In this document: positions 21,036 to 29,864 of the stretch, piece by piece | How the letters are laid out: every line of letters begins with the position of its first letter | Position numbering within the stretch: position 1 is the first letter of the stretch | Source of the DNA: a virus | Lineage: Duplodnaviria; Caudoviricetes | Reading direction: 5' to 3' (one strand) | DNA: 55,522 nucleotides | IMG/VR virus record: IMGVR_UViG_3300023184_009494 | Span: 1 to 55,522 of that record | Made by a program: the position numbers and the translations under genes | Notes under the pieces: model-generated | What the model was told of the DNA's origin: nothing | The model's input: the letters and a program-made list of their open reading frames with translations, nothing else | The model's database searches: none

Positions 21036-21342
21036 GCAATTTCTCCTTCAATAATTCTATACTGACATTTTCAGGATTAATGCATCTGTCATCAACCCAG
21101 ACATCGTATAGGGGTTTTCCGCAAATTAAAAGATGATACTTGACTTCATTGTTTTTTAGCCAATTTTCTGTCATCTGGTATTCGGCCCATGATCTAGCCG
21201 TGTATATCATTACAAAGTAGCCTGTATCATAACATTTGTTCACGATATCAACATGATCTTTTTTATGTTTTGAAAGACTTTTTTCAAAGGTTGGACGCTC
21301 CTCACACAACGTTCCATCTAAGTCAAATACTATTTTTTTCAT
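21028..21342 (-). CDS. HAD-superfamily phosphatase (capsule-biosynthesis type, capless)
   Basis: MKKIVFDLDGTLC (DxDxT), YTAR, GKP and VDDR. Start taken at ATG 21342 behind AGGA rather than the track start at 21366. Confidence 0.85.
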   Translation of the reverse strand: MKKIVFDLDGTLCEERPTFEKSLSKHKKDHVDIVNKCYDTGYFVMIYTARSWAEYQMTENWLKNNEVKYHLLICGKPLYDVWVDDRCINPENVSIELLKEKLHV

Positions 21343-21392
21343 AATAGTAATCCTACAACGTTCCATCTATATTTTTTCATAATAGTAATCCT
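21306..21392. repeat. Imperfect tandem duplication of the HAD gene RBS/start region
   Basis: acaacgttccatcta occurs at 21306-21320 and 21355-21369. ta(t6/t7)cataatagtaatcct occurs at 21331-21354 and 21370-21392. The second copy lacks 10 nt plus one T. Confidence 0.9.
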
Positions 21393-22293
21393 GATATGCT
21401 CTTGACATATAAAAATTCTTTTTCCAATTCGATGAATAAGATTTTGAAACAGATTTTTTCAAGACAAAAGAATCTTTTATAATTTTTACTATATTGCATC
21501 CAGCTGCAATAGAAAGCGTAGCACCGCCTCCAAATCTTGCATTTATTTCCATAATCCAAATTTTATTTGATTTATCAACAATGAATTGCATGCAAATTGG
21601 ACCTGCAAATTTGAAAGTTTTTAAAATATCAATTACGGCTTTTTCCAAAACTGATTTACCAAATAAATCTTTAGAAACTGTGCAACTTCTTACTACTTCG
21701 CCACCTGTTACCTGAAGTCTTTTTCTTGGAACATAGTCTATTAAAGTTCCATTTGCATCAAAGCAACAATCTATGCTATACTCATTTCCAAATATTCTTT
21801 TTTGAATCACACGATCATCTTCAACAATGCCTGGAGAGCTTGACACAAATTGAATATTTTTTGAACCAAATCCAAATCTAGGCTTTATTACCGCATGTGA
21901 TCCGTCATCTTTTGGATAATACTTTGTGATAGATTCATTCTCCAAGAAATGAAGTTCGAATTTCTTTTTGTCAAGACATTTTTCTGATGTTAGAAATTCA
22001 GAAACACAAATTGAATTTGTAGAATCAGGATAACAATTTTTTAATTTTGACAATATTCTTGTTGCTTCATCTTGAAATGGAAGAACAATGTCGTAATTAT
22101 TTTTTTCAATTAGTTCTAAAATGTCATTACTGATATTCGGATCAGTCCACTTTAGTCCCTGATAAATATTTGATGCTTCCAAATTTATTGGAGAATCTAT
22201 ATCATATTCATAAGCATCAACTTCAAATCCGTCAGATTTGAAATAAGATGCCATAGTAACTCTGCGACCAGCACCCACAAAAAGAGCTTTCAT
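21367..22293 (-). CDS. ATP-grasp domain protein (carbamoyl-phosphate-synthase-like family of glycan loci)
   Basis: GAGRRV, CLDKK, VIKPRFGFGSK, VIQKRIFGNEYSID, GPICMQF and MEINARFGGG. Confidence 0.88.
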   Translation of the reverse strand: MKALFVGAGRRVTMASYFKSDGFEVDAYEYDIDSPINLEASNIYQGLKWTDPNISNDILELIEKNNYDIVLPFQDEATRILSKLKNCYPDSTNSICVSEFLTSEKCLDKKKFELHFLENESITKYYPKDDGSHAVIKPRFGFGSKNIQFVSSSPGIVEDDRVIQKRIFGNEYSIDCCFDANGTLIDYVPRKRLQVTGGEVVRSCTVSKDLFGKSVLEKAVIDILKTFKFAGPICMQFIVDKSNKIWIMEINARFGGGATLSIAAGCNIVKIIKDSFVLKKSVSKSYSSNWKKNFYMSRAYQDYYYEKI

Positions 22294-22910
22294 TTTTTTC
22301 TCATGGATACATTAAAAGAAAGAGGAATTGAATTTTTTCCTAATTCACCTGGTGGATAAACATCAAAATCTAGATCAAATTTTTTAGAAAAAAGATGTTG
22401 ATAACCGTATTCTGATATTCTCCAATAATCTGGGATGGGTCCGTGAACCTTAAACATGTAAGGTGTATTCACGTATACCGTGGCATGTTCTGATGTTATC
22501 TTGTCAAATTCATCGCATAACAAGTGAATGTTTGCTACATGTTCTATTATTCCAAGAAGAATTACTATGTCAAATTTTTCTTGGACATGTTTGGAAACTT
22601 CCTCGATCGAACAAATGTAGTCTGCATTTCCTGCAATATCAAGAGTTTTATAATTGTGACCAAACTTTTTTGCTTCTATTCCAATTATGTCAGTTGATAT
22701 TTCTTCACATTTTTCTTTGTAAAGATTGTCAGATGGTCCTACTTCTAAGACGTTTAGGGGATTTTTTGATTCTTTCATTTCTGATACTATCTTTTGAGCA
22801 AAAGATCTCATGTGAGATCTTGCTAAGTAGTAATCGTCGTTATCAGAAAAGAACCAATGCCTTCTACCAATTTTTCCTATTTCTGATTCAAATTTATGCA
22901 TAAAAGACAT
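22290..22910 (-). CDS. Class I SAM-dependent methyltransferase
   Basis: NVLEVGP, YKTLDI, FDIVILLGIIEHV and HGPIPDYWRIS. Confidence 0.82.
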   Translation of the reverse strand: MSFMHKFESEIGKIGRRHWFFSDNDDYYLARSHMRSFAQKIVSEMKESKNPLNVLEVGPSDNLYKEKCEEISTDIIGIEAKKFGHNYKTLDIAGNADYICSIEEVSKHVQEKFDIVILLGIIEHVANIHLLCDEFDKITSEHATVYVNTPYMFKVHGPIPDYWRISEYGYQHLFSKKFDLDFDVYPPGELGKNSIPLSFNVSMRKK

Positions 22911-22934
22911 TATATCATTATGGCAAGAAATTTA

Positions 22935-23651
22935 TTACACAATAATCCATTTTCTTTTGTTATGAAAGTTTAGATTATTTCTAAAAGTGTAATAATAAGC
23001 TTTTTGATTGTTTTTTGGTAATTCAGCAAGATCAGCTAAGCACATTAAAGAAGAACCCATCATGTGTATTTCTTCGGCTTTTTCAAGAATACATAAAAAA
23101 TCTATAATGTCATAATTTATGTCATTTTTTACAATTTTTAAATTGGTTTGTGGGGTAAAAGAAAATCCTCTTGCTGGGTCATCGTGAACAAAAGCAAAAG
23201 ATTTAGAGTTTTCATTATGATTACCTAATAAATCTAAAAAAATTTTTTCTTCAATGTCTAAATTTCTGCTAAGTAGCTTGTGTTCATATTTTATTTGATA
23301 ATCTAAACCTATTTTTTCATAAAAACTGTAATCCCACGGCAAATCACTAAGATACTGATATTTTTCATATCCTGTCGCTATCAAAGAATAAGAGTTATTT
23401 TTTGCCCAATTGACTACATTGTTTTTTGAATAATTTTCAAATGGAATCACTTTAATTTTTTCATTTGAAATGAAAAACCTTTTAGCATTTTTTTCTTGCG
23501 ACTTTTTTACTGGAAAAAGTATTTTTTTGCTATCAAATTCTTTGGTAAGATAATTTGCAATAGATGAACAAACAATAATGTCGCCAAATCCTTGATGGGT
23601 ATGAAAAACTATTTCTTTAGAATTTTCTATGTAATGATCGAACTTTATCAT
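22935..23651 (-). CDS. Putative glycosyltransferase-like protein (GT-B/GT9-like N-terminal GxGD)
   Basis: HTHQGFGDIIVC, FVHDDPARG and ILEKAEEIHMMGSS. Glycan-locus context. Confidence 0.5.
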   Translation of the reverse strand: MIKFDHYIENSKEIVFHTHQGFGDIIVCSSIANYLTKEFDSKKILFPVKKSQEKNAKRFFISNEKIKVIPFENYSKNNVVNWAKNNSYSLIATGYEKYQYLSDLPWDYSFYEKIGLDYQIKYEHKLLSRNLDIEEKIFLDLLGNHNENSKSFAFVHDDPARGFSFTPQTNLKIVKNDINYDIIDFLCILEKAEEIHMMGSSLMCLADLAELPKNNQKAYYYTFRNNLNFHNKRKWIIV

Positions 23652-23654
23652 AAT

Positions 23655-23780
23655 CTAATAAAACCAAACGTCGAATTTTTTTGTTTTTTGCGTGCAAATT
23701 TCAGACAAAATTTTTCTTTTTTCATTAAACTGTTTCAGTCCCTGAAAAAGATGTGTTCCGCAATCGATAAATAATTTCAT
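23655..23780 (-). pseudogene. 41-codon remnant of an FkbM-type methyltransferase (internal deletion)
   Basis: Hand translation gives MKLFIDCGTHLFQGLKQFNEKRKILSEICTQKTKKFDVWFY*. The start resembles SAM-binding motif I (FIDCGTH..QG). It fills the gap exactly, 2 nt after the upstream stop and 3 nt before the next ATG. Confidence 0.65.
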
Positions 23781-23782
23781 GT

Positions 23783-24463
23783 CTATCTTTCAACCCCCGT
23801 ACCTGTTGACCAATAATAAAGCCTTTCAGGTATGTTATAAAATCTCATTCCATTCTTGACAGATCTAATCCAAAGATCCCAGTCTTCCCACATCACTCTG
23901 CCTGCACTTAACCAGAATATTCCTGGTTTATTGTTTTCATTGTATCCACCCATCTTATTAAAAGATTTTTTTCTAAACATTATAGAGCCATGACACATCA
24001 TATTTTCACGATCTATTGAATTAGCAATGCTTTCGTGTGTCTGATATTGACCCGGGAGATAACAAGAGTCTTTAATTGTTCCATCTGACTGGTAGTCGGC
24101 AGCAAGTGTTCCAACGAAATCATATTCGGGATTGTCCTCAAAAAATTGAATTTGTTTCTCTAATTTTTTTGGATGATACTGATCGTCTGCATCTAATTGA
24201 GCAATGAAGTCATATTTTGACACTCTGACTCCAGTATTTCTGGCAATTGCGCCCGATGTTTTTCCTTCAAGGGTTATGAATCTAATGTCTAAATTGGACT
24301 TAATTGTACTGATAATATCTTTGTAATCAATGTAACAACCATTCAAGACACAAATTACTTCAAAATTTTTATATGTCTGACTTTCTAGTGATTTTATTGC
24401 TCGAAGAAGTAGATTGTGATGTTTCTCAGACGGTATATAAGCAGGAACAATTACTGATATCAT
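23783..24463 (-). CDS. Glycosyltransferase, GT2
   Basis: ISVIVPAY, ARNTGV, AQLDADD and EDWDLWIR. Confidence 0.9.
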   Translation of the reverse strand: MISVIVPAYIPSEKHHNLLLRAIKSLESQTYKNFEVICVLNGCYIDYKDIISTIKSNLDIRFITLEGKTSGAIARNTGVRVSKYDFIAQLDADDQYHPKKLEKQIQFFEDNPEYDFVGTLAADYQSDGTIKDSCYLPGQYQTHESIANSIDRENMMCHGSIMFRKKSFNKMGGYNENNKPGIFWLSAGRVMWEDWDLWIRSVKNGMRFYNIPERLYYWSTGTGVER

Positions 24464-25311
24464 AGTAATTCTAAAAGATACTCTATTCTCTTGTCATATG
24501 TGTGGTTGCTAATTGTTCTTTTGTAACCTTTTTCTGCCAAATCAATTCTTTTTTGATCATGAGCTAGCAGTTCTTTTACTGATTCTATTAGCTTTTCATT
24601 TGAATCATATACAATTATTTCTTCACCTATTTTGAAAAGCTTTTCAATATCAGGGACATTGTTTGTCACCAAAGGTAATCCGCATGCAGTTGATTCAAAA
24701 ACTCTGTATGGTATGTCAATGTCGATAGATTTGTTGAGAGCAACTCTATAAGTTGAGATCTCATCTATCATTTTTTGACCAAGAATTTTTGTTGAAACTT
24801 TCACAGAAATATGATTTGACAGAGCTGAAAGCCATTGACTTCTGTCAGCTATGATGCTTCCACAGAACCCAACATCGTGTTTCTTTTCTAAAGATATCTT
24901 CTTAAACCACTCATCATCTACAGCATTTGGAAACCACACTGCTCTTTTTGTAAGTCCTTCAAAAAATCTAATATAGCTGCTTGTAGAATTTAACAGAAGA
25001 TCAATTTTTGATTTATGGCAGAAAAAACGATGTGAATGAAGAGCACAATGTGAGTCTATGCTCCAAAAAATTTTATATTTGTCAATATTTCCGAGATCAG
25101 GCATCCAACCAGTGTCGTAATTTTCCAAAGAGAGTATAACGTCAAAATCTTTTATGATGTCATGAAAAGGTATATTATAATTTTCGTGACCAAGACCCCA
25201 CACTGTATTTTCAACTCCTCGTCTCTTCAAAGACTTTGAAATTGAAAAACATTCTCTCATATGTCTATTTTCTTCATGCCTTCCATTTTCTTGAATTATT
25301 AGAAATTTCAT
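24460..25311 (-). CDS. Glycosyltransferase, GT-B CgeB/Glyco_trans_1_2-like
   Basis: WFPNAVD, DVGFCGS, IPYRVFESTACGLPLVT and NHTYDKR. Confidence 0.82.
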   Translation of the reverse strand: MKFLIIQENGRHEENRHMRECFSISKSLKRRGVENTVWGLGHENYNIPFHDIIKDFDVILSLENYDTGWMPDLGNIDKYKIFWSIDSHCALHSHRFFCHKSKIDLLLNSTSSYIRFFEGLTKRAVWFPNAVDDEWFKKISLEKKHDVGFCGSIIADRSQWLSALSNHISVKVSTKILGQKMIDEISTYRVALNKSIDIDIPYRVFESTACGLPLVTNNVPDIEKLFKIGEEIIVYDSNEKLIESVKELLAHDQKRIDLAEKGYKRTISNHTYDKRIEYLLELL

Positions 25312-25964
25312 GAGATATGAATTCGAAGAACATCTAAGTGTTCTTTGACTGTTTCTTCGTTTTCATCAAAGACTTGTCCGACAAATTCCAAATTTGTTCT
25401 TGGCATAGGCCACGGCTTTTTTTCAAAGAAATCATCATTTACATGACTAGTATTTCTTACAATTGGATAAATAACTTCTTTCAAGAAATTTTGATCAACT
25501 TGCCAAAAATTTCCCTTTGTATATTTTTCAATTAATTTATTAATGTCTCTAAGAAGAGGGGCTCTTACTCCCCACATGCCACCCATTATAGGCGCTCCAT
25601 GCCAAGGATGATCTCGCATTATATGAAAAAGATTGCCAGATAATAACCATTCATTAACGGCTGCTGACTCTCTTAATGTAAGCCTTGAGTCAGTATCTCT
25701 GCTAATCATGGCTTCTACATCAGGATCGCTAGCGGCTTCAAATCTCCAAAACATGCCTGTCCAGTCACCTTCATTAGGCATAATGATAATTTCAGAATTA
25801 TTTTCTTGAAGTTGTCTTGTTATGTCTTTGTCAACATTTTTTGAAACATAAAACCTTGGTATCCATCCTGGGTATATTTCGCTAGCGATTTTTGAATTTT
25901 TTACAGCTCCAATTGTGTACTTAGGATTGTTGCCCCACAAACTAAATGCAATAATTTTTTTCAT
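25308..25964 (-). CDS. Putative GT-A-fold glycosyltransferase-like protein
   Basis: FSLWGNNPKYTIGA, GMFWRF, DxD-like SRDTDSR, HIMRDHPWH..IMGGMWG and DQNFL. Context inside the GT cluster. Confidence 0.55.
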   Translation of the reverse strand: MKKIIAFSLWGNNPKYTIGAVKNSKIASEIYPGWIPRFYVSKNVDKDITRQLQENNSEIIIMPNEGDWTGMFWRFEAASDPDVEAMISRDTDSRLTLRESAAVNEWLLSGNLFHIMRDHPWHGAPIMGGMWGVRAPLLRDINKLIEKYTKGNFWQVDQNFLKEVIYPIVRNTSHVNDDFFEKKPWPMPRTNLEFVGQVFDENEETVKEHLDVLRIHIS

Positions 25965-26055
25965 AGTTCAATCCCCATGCAGTACATTCGTGGGCGGTCT
26001 TGCTGTGGCGATCGCGGTATGCACAAGGCTTTCCTGTAGTTTCTATTCTTCTCAT
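25942..26055 (-). pseudogene. 37-codon mini-ORF, possible gene remnant
   Basis: Hand translation gives MRRIETTGKPCAYRDRHSKTAHECTAWGLNYEKNYCI*. AGAGG lies 5 nt upstream of the ATG. It overlaps the start of the next gene and is locally GC-richer. Confidence 0.35.
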
Positions 26056-26076
26056 GTCTTCCTCTTTCTTGTATGA

Positions 26077-27159
26077 TTAAAACTCGCAATTTTTGCTCCT
26101 AGCAACACTTAGGTAGAATTCTATTACTTTTTCAACGATTGTTTTTTGCTCAAAATTCGAGGTGGCAAAATTTTTAGCTTTGAAGGACATGTCACGTCTG
26201 ACATCTTGATCTGCTAGCGCCACCATGGCCTTATAGTATTCATTTGAGTCTTTTGCATAAAAGCCGCCGGTGCCTAACCACTCTATCTGACCATTTTTAC
26301 CAGCGATGTGCGTTATGACAGGCTTGCCATACATCATAGCTTGCGCGATGGCAGTACTACAAATTTCTCCATCAGAACGATAGTGCGCAAATACGTCTAT
26401 CGTCTTATGAAACCTTTCGATGTAACTGTCTTCGTTTGTGCAGTCTAAGAAAATTACGTCGCTCTCTAAGCCTAATTGTTGCACACAACGCCTTGTGTCA
26501 TCGCATCCTCCTAATAACAGATACTTGCTTCTCCATGTATAGTTCTTTATAAATGCTTTATACGCAATCAAAGAAATAGGAGTGAAGTTAGCAGGTCGGC
26601 CGATCCTACCAAAGACCAGCATGTCCTCAGACAATTGTAGGTCACTCCTAAGACATTTCAGGTCTTCGTAAGAAGTAGAAGGGCCCGGTATTGGGTTTGG
26701 TATCAGAACAGAGTTTTTATTTTCAGGCATCATTAAACATCTTCCAATGAATATTGTGCCGTCTAGATAAGGAGATGTGTCTCTGTAACCAAAGATGTTA
26801 GTCTCTACTTGAACAGGGCAGATCCTGCTCGTGAAGGGCCATTCGTAATATCCGCTCCGCGCGAAGTGAAGAATGTGTATATCGTTTTCTTTTGCGACAC
26901 GCCCTATGTCCTCAGTTAGAGGACGCCACCCTTCATTCGGACCGGTCTTTTGCAGTGATCTTTTGAACTGAACGAAATTACAGTTCAACAGAATTTCTTT
27001 TGCAGCTTGTAATCGATTGTGTTCGACAGTATCAGCATAAAGTATGCTGACCTTAAATCTAGGGTCTCGCTGCAGGATATCAGCAATTCTTTCATGAGAT
27101 CTCCAAGTCCCGGCAAAATCAATCTGATGAGAATAAAAAGCAACTTTAATTTTAGTCAT
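26077..27159 (-). CDS. Glycosyltransferase, GT4-like
   Basis: LIPNPI, VFGRIGRP and DVFAHYRSDGEICSTAIAQAMMYGKPVI (E-x7-Q variant). Confidence 0.82.
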   Translation of the reverse strand: MTKIKVAFYSHQIDFAGTWRSHERIADILQRDPRFKVSILYADTVEHNRLQAAKEILLNCNFVQFKRSLQKTGPNEGWRPLTEDIGRVAKENDIHILHFARSGYYEWPFTSRICPVQVETNIFGYRDTSPYLDGTIFIGRCLMMPENKNSVLIPNPIPGPSTSYEDLKCLRSDLQLSEDMLVFGRIGRPANFTPISLIAYKAFIKNYTWRSKYLLLGGCDDTRRCVQQLGLESDVIFLDCTNEDSYIERFHKTIDVFAHYRSDGEICSTAIAQAMMYGKPVITHIAGKNGQIEWLGTGGFYAKDSNEYYKAMVALADQDVRRDMSFKAKNFATSNFEQKTIVEKVIEFYLSVARSKNCEF

Positions 27160-28061
27160 AAAGTCTCTTCTAATTTTTTAATTAGTGACGCTACTCTTGA
27201 AGAACACATATGTTTCTTTCTAACAGCATTTTTTGCATTGTCTCCAATTTCAAGAGCTAGGTCAGGATTATCTAGCAGATGTTTGGCTTTTTTGACTGCG
27301 TCTTCTTTTCCGTCATACCAAATTATTTCTCTTCCTTCTACAAGAAGATCATAATATCGAGATGACTCTGCAGGTCTATCTGCCAACACACATCGGCCGA
27401 GAGCTGCACCTTCAAAAACTCTTCGTGTAATTTCTTTGTTCTTGCTTTCCTGAAATACTATTAGCCCAGAAGCAAGAAATTTCGCATGTTCGTCACCCCA
27501 TGCTCTTCTGTTGGCAAAATTCTTACCAAGTTTTTCACTCATATGTCTTGTGACTTCTCCTCTGTCTCCACATGTTGTAACACATATATTTTCCATAACA
27601 TTCATGTCTTTTGAATATTGTTCATCTATGGCAAATTGAGGCCACCATAAAGAATTCTTTCTGAAGACTTCTGAATACATTGAGAAACACCTGTAGTCAG
27701 GAGTCAATATTAAGTCAGAAGAATAAGCTTTTTTTACATGTGAATAATGTGATTGAGGCTCGTCGCCGGACTCATATACGAGTAATGTATTTGGAAAGTT
27801 ATTTTTGTTCCAAAATTGTCCTGTCCAGGGACCGTAATCTAATGCAAGCATAAATGCAGGTATAAATCCTGCGTTTATAAGACTAAATGCATCTTTTTCA
27901 GCATCAATTCTATAACTTCCAAGTGAATCATACATTGAGATTGTTTTAATCTCATAACCCCTTTCTCTTAGTTGATTGACAATAGCAGTTGAAGTATTGC
28001 TGGTGTCTTTGATGTCGTCTTCCCTGTAAGGATACAGAACTATTGCTTTATTGTTCATCAT
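27156..28061 (-). CDS. Glycosyltransferase, GT-B CgeB/Glyco_trans_1_2-like
   Basis: ITRRVFEGAALGRCVLAD, EIIWYD, and EIGDNA...HMCSSRV. Confidence 0.8.
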   Translation of the reverse strand: MMNNKAIVLYPYREDDIKDTSNTSTAIVNQLRERGYEIKTISMYDSLGSYRIDAEKDAFSLINAGFIPAFMLALDYGPWTGQFWNKNNFPNTLLVYESGDEPQSHYSHVKKAYSSDLILTPDYRCFSMYSEVFRKNSLWWPQFAIDEQYSKDMNVMENICVTTCGDRGEVTRHMSEKLGKNFANRRAWGDEHAKFLASGLIVFQESKNKEITRRVFEGAALGRCVLADRPAESSRYYDLLVEGREIIWYDGKEDAVKKAKHLLDNPDLALEIGDNAKNAVRKKHMCSSRVASLIKKLEETL

Positions 28062-28777
28062 AGATCGAAATTTTTTAATTTTCTATCAAGATAAATTTGA
28101 TGATCTGGGTCGCCCGGGATGCTGTTTTTTTTCCATACTTCATCATGCCCAAAGCTTTTTTGGGCAATAAATTCTGGGAGTATTTCTGAGAATTTTTGCA
28201 TTGCAGTTAGATCACTCATTACGACGTCTGGGTGCAAATGTCTGATAATTACTTGTTCATAAAAAGATTGAAGTCCTAGGGCATTTGCAACATCAGTAAA
28301 TTCTGCGTCACACCAAAAACTCTTATATTCAGGATGATAAATATAACCAAATCTGTCGTAATACTTTTTCCCTAGTATGCATAGCGTATTTAGGTCGCGG
28401 CGCCATCCGTCAAAAAACCACAGCACTCCATCAGTATCAGGATATTTTGTCTTCATTTCACTTCTTATTATATCATCATATCCTTTTACTTCAGGTATCA
28501 TGTCATCGCTAACAAGTACTAATATGTCAAATTTTTTGTTCTTCATGTCAGCATTAATTGCTTCAATCTTATTTTTTGAATTTCCAAAATTGACAGACAA
28601 ATTAGGAAAATTTTCGAGAACTGCAATGACTTCTTTGTTGTTCATATGTGTATCATCTTCGTCGACAGATATGACAAATTCAAAGTCTTTCCCTGACATC
28701 AGCTTATAATATGTCTCGAGAGCCCTAAAAAATTTAAGCGCGCGTCCCCTGGTTGGATATTTAAAGAGTATTTTCAT
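28058..28777 (-). CDS. Glycosyltransferase, GT-A/GT2-like
   Basis: FKYPTRGR, SVDEDD, KIEAIN, LVSDDMIP and WCDAEF. Confidence 0.75.
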   Translation of the reverse strand: MKILFKYPTRGRALKFFRALETYYKLMSGKDFEFVISVDEDDTHMNNKEVIAVLENFPNLSVNFGNSKNKIEAINADMKNKKFDILVLVSDDMIPEVKGYDDIIRSEMKTKYPDTDGVLWFFDGWRRDLNTLCILGKKYYDRFGYIYHPEYKSFWCDAEFTDVANALGLQSFYEQVIIRHLHPDVVMSDLTAMQKFSEILPEFIAQKSFGHDEVWKKNSIPGDPDHQIYLDRKLKNFDL

Positions 28778-29502
28778 TTCTCTTCTCTATTCGTGCTAGT
28801 ATTTCTTCTATACAGATAAGGCTTCTCAAGAAGAATTGAAGTAGACTTAAGCCCCGCTGTAACTCTGAAGTTAAAATCAGAGTCTTCGCTTAATAGCGTT
28901 CTTATTCCCATTCTTGGTGGATTAAATCTAAAACCAATGTCCCATATTTTCTTAAGAAACATTGAACTGACTCCGGCTGTTTCAAAATTTCCTGTAAAGT
29001 AATGATTAATCCCAGGCGTTTCATAACCTTGAAGAACTATTTTTGATACTTCTTCTCCTGATACAATTTTTAAATTTTCAGGAGTTGTATCATTTTTAGC
29101 ATGAATGTTCAATTCATCAGGTGTCCAGCAAGAGATAAATCCACACAAATTGTGAACAGAATTTGTATCAACAAGAGTCTTAAATTGACTTTGTATTCTC
29201 CAAGAAAGTGAAAAGTCATCAGCGTCATGTGATGTACAAATTTTAGCATCTGTTGTAGAAAATGCAATATTTAAAGCGTTCCACTTTCCTTTATTTTTTT
29301 CTAATGATATAAGTCTAATTCTTTTATCATTTTTACTCTCGACAACATTCTTTACATTTAGATAATCTTCAGACCCATCATCTATTACAACAATATCAAG
29401 ATTTTCATAAGATTGCAATATTATGCTGTCTATAGATTGACTTAAATATTTTGAATGATTATAGTTGCAGATTGCAACACAGACTTTATAGTCACTGTTC
29501 AT
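28774..29502 (-). CDS. Glycosyltransferase, GT2
   Basis: ICNYNH, VIDDGSED, NKGKWNALN, HDADD and SEDSDF. Confidence 0.9.
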   Translation of the reverse strand: MNSDYKVCVAICNYNHSKYLSQSIDSIILQSYENLDIVVIDDGSEDYLNVKNVVESKNDKRIRLISLEKNKGKWNALNIAFSTTDAKICTSHDADDFSLSWRIQSQFKTLVDTNSVHNLCGFISCWTPDELNIHAKNDTTPENLKIVSGEEVSKIVLQGYETPGINHYFTGNFETAGVSSMFLKKIWDIGFRFNPPRMGIRTLLSEDSDFNFRVTAGLKSTSILLEKPYLYRRNTSTNREEK

Positions 29503-29864
29503 TGACGTTTTTTTGCTTCAAAAATAAATGGATGAGCAAATGGTGTTCCGCTCATCATTGTTGCCATCAGAACAATTTCTTTTGTAGGAATATTGTTCAA
29601 TGAAGCTCGCTGAGTAAAAATATTAGGATCAAGTTCTTGATTATTATTAATGGTTACAGAATCATAATACATTTGAGACAGAAAATTTACAGATTCATTA
29701 CTTAGTGGGATCTGAGCCTCTTTTATTACTTCAGATAGTGTAAAAAATATATCTTGATACATGCTAGTACATGCAGCTTTATCAAATTTCTCCCCCATTC
29801 TTTTTGATAATTTTCCTGTCAATAGTTTTGTAACAGCTTCTTGAAGCTTTATTCCTGGTTTCAT
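29499..29864 (-). CDS. Hypothetical protein, 121 aa
   Basis: ATGA overlaps at both ends within the operon. Confidence 0.65.
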   Translation of the reverse strand: MKPGIKLQEAVTKLLTGKLSKRMGEKFDKAACTSMYQDIFFTLSEVIKEAQIPLSNESVNFLSQMYYDSVTINNNQELDPNIFTQRASLNNIPTKEIVLMATMMSGTPFAHPFIFEAKKRQ

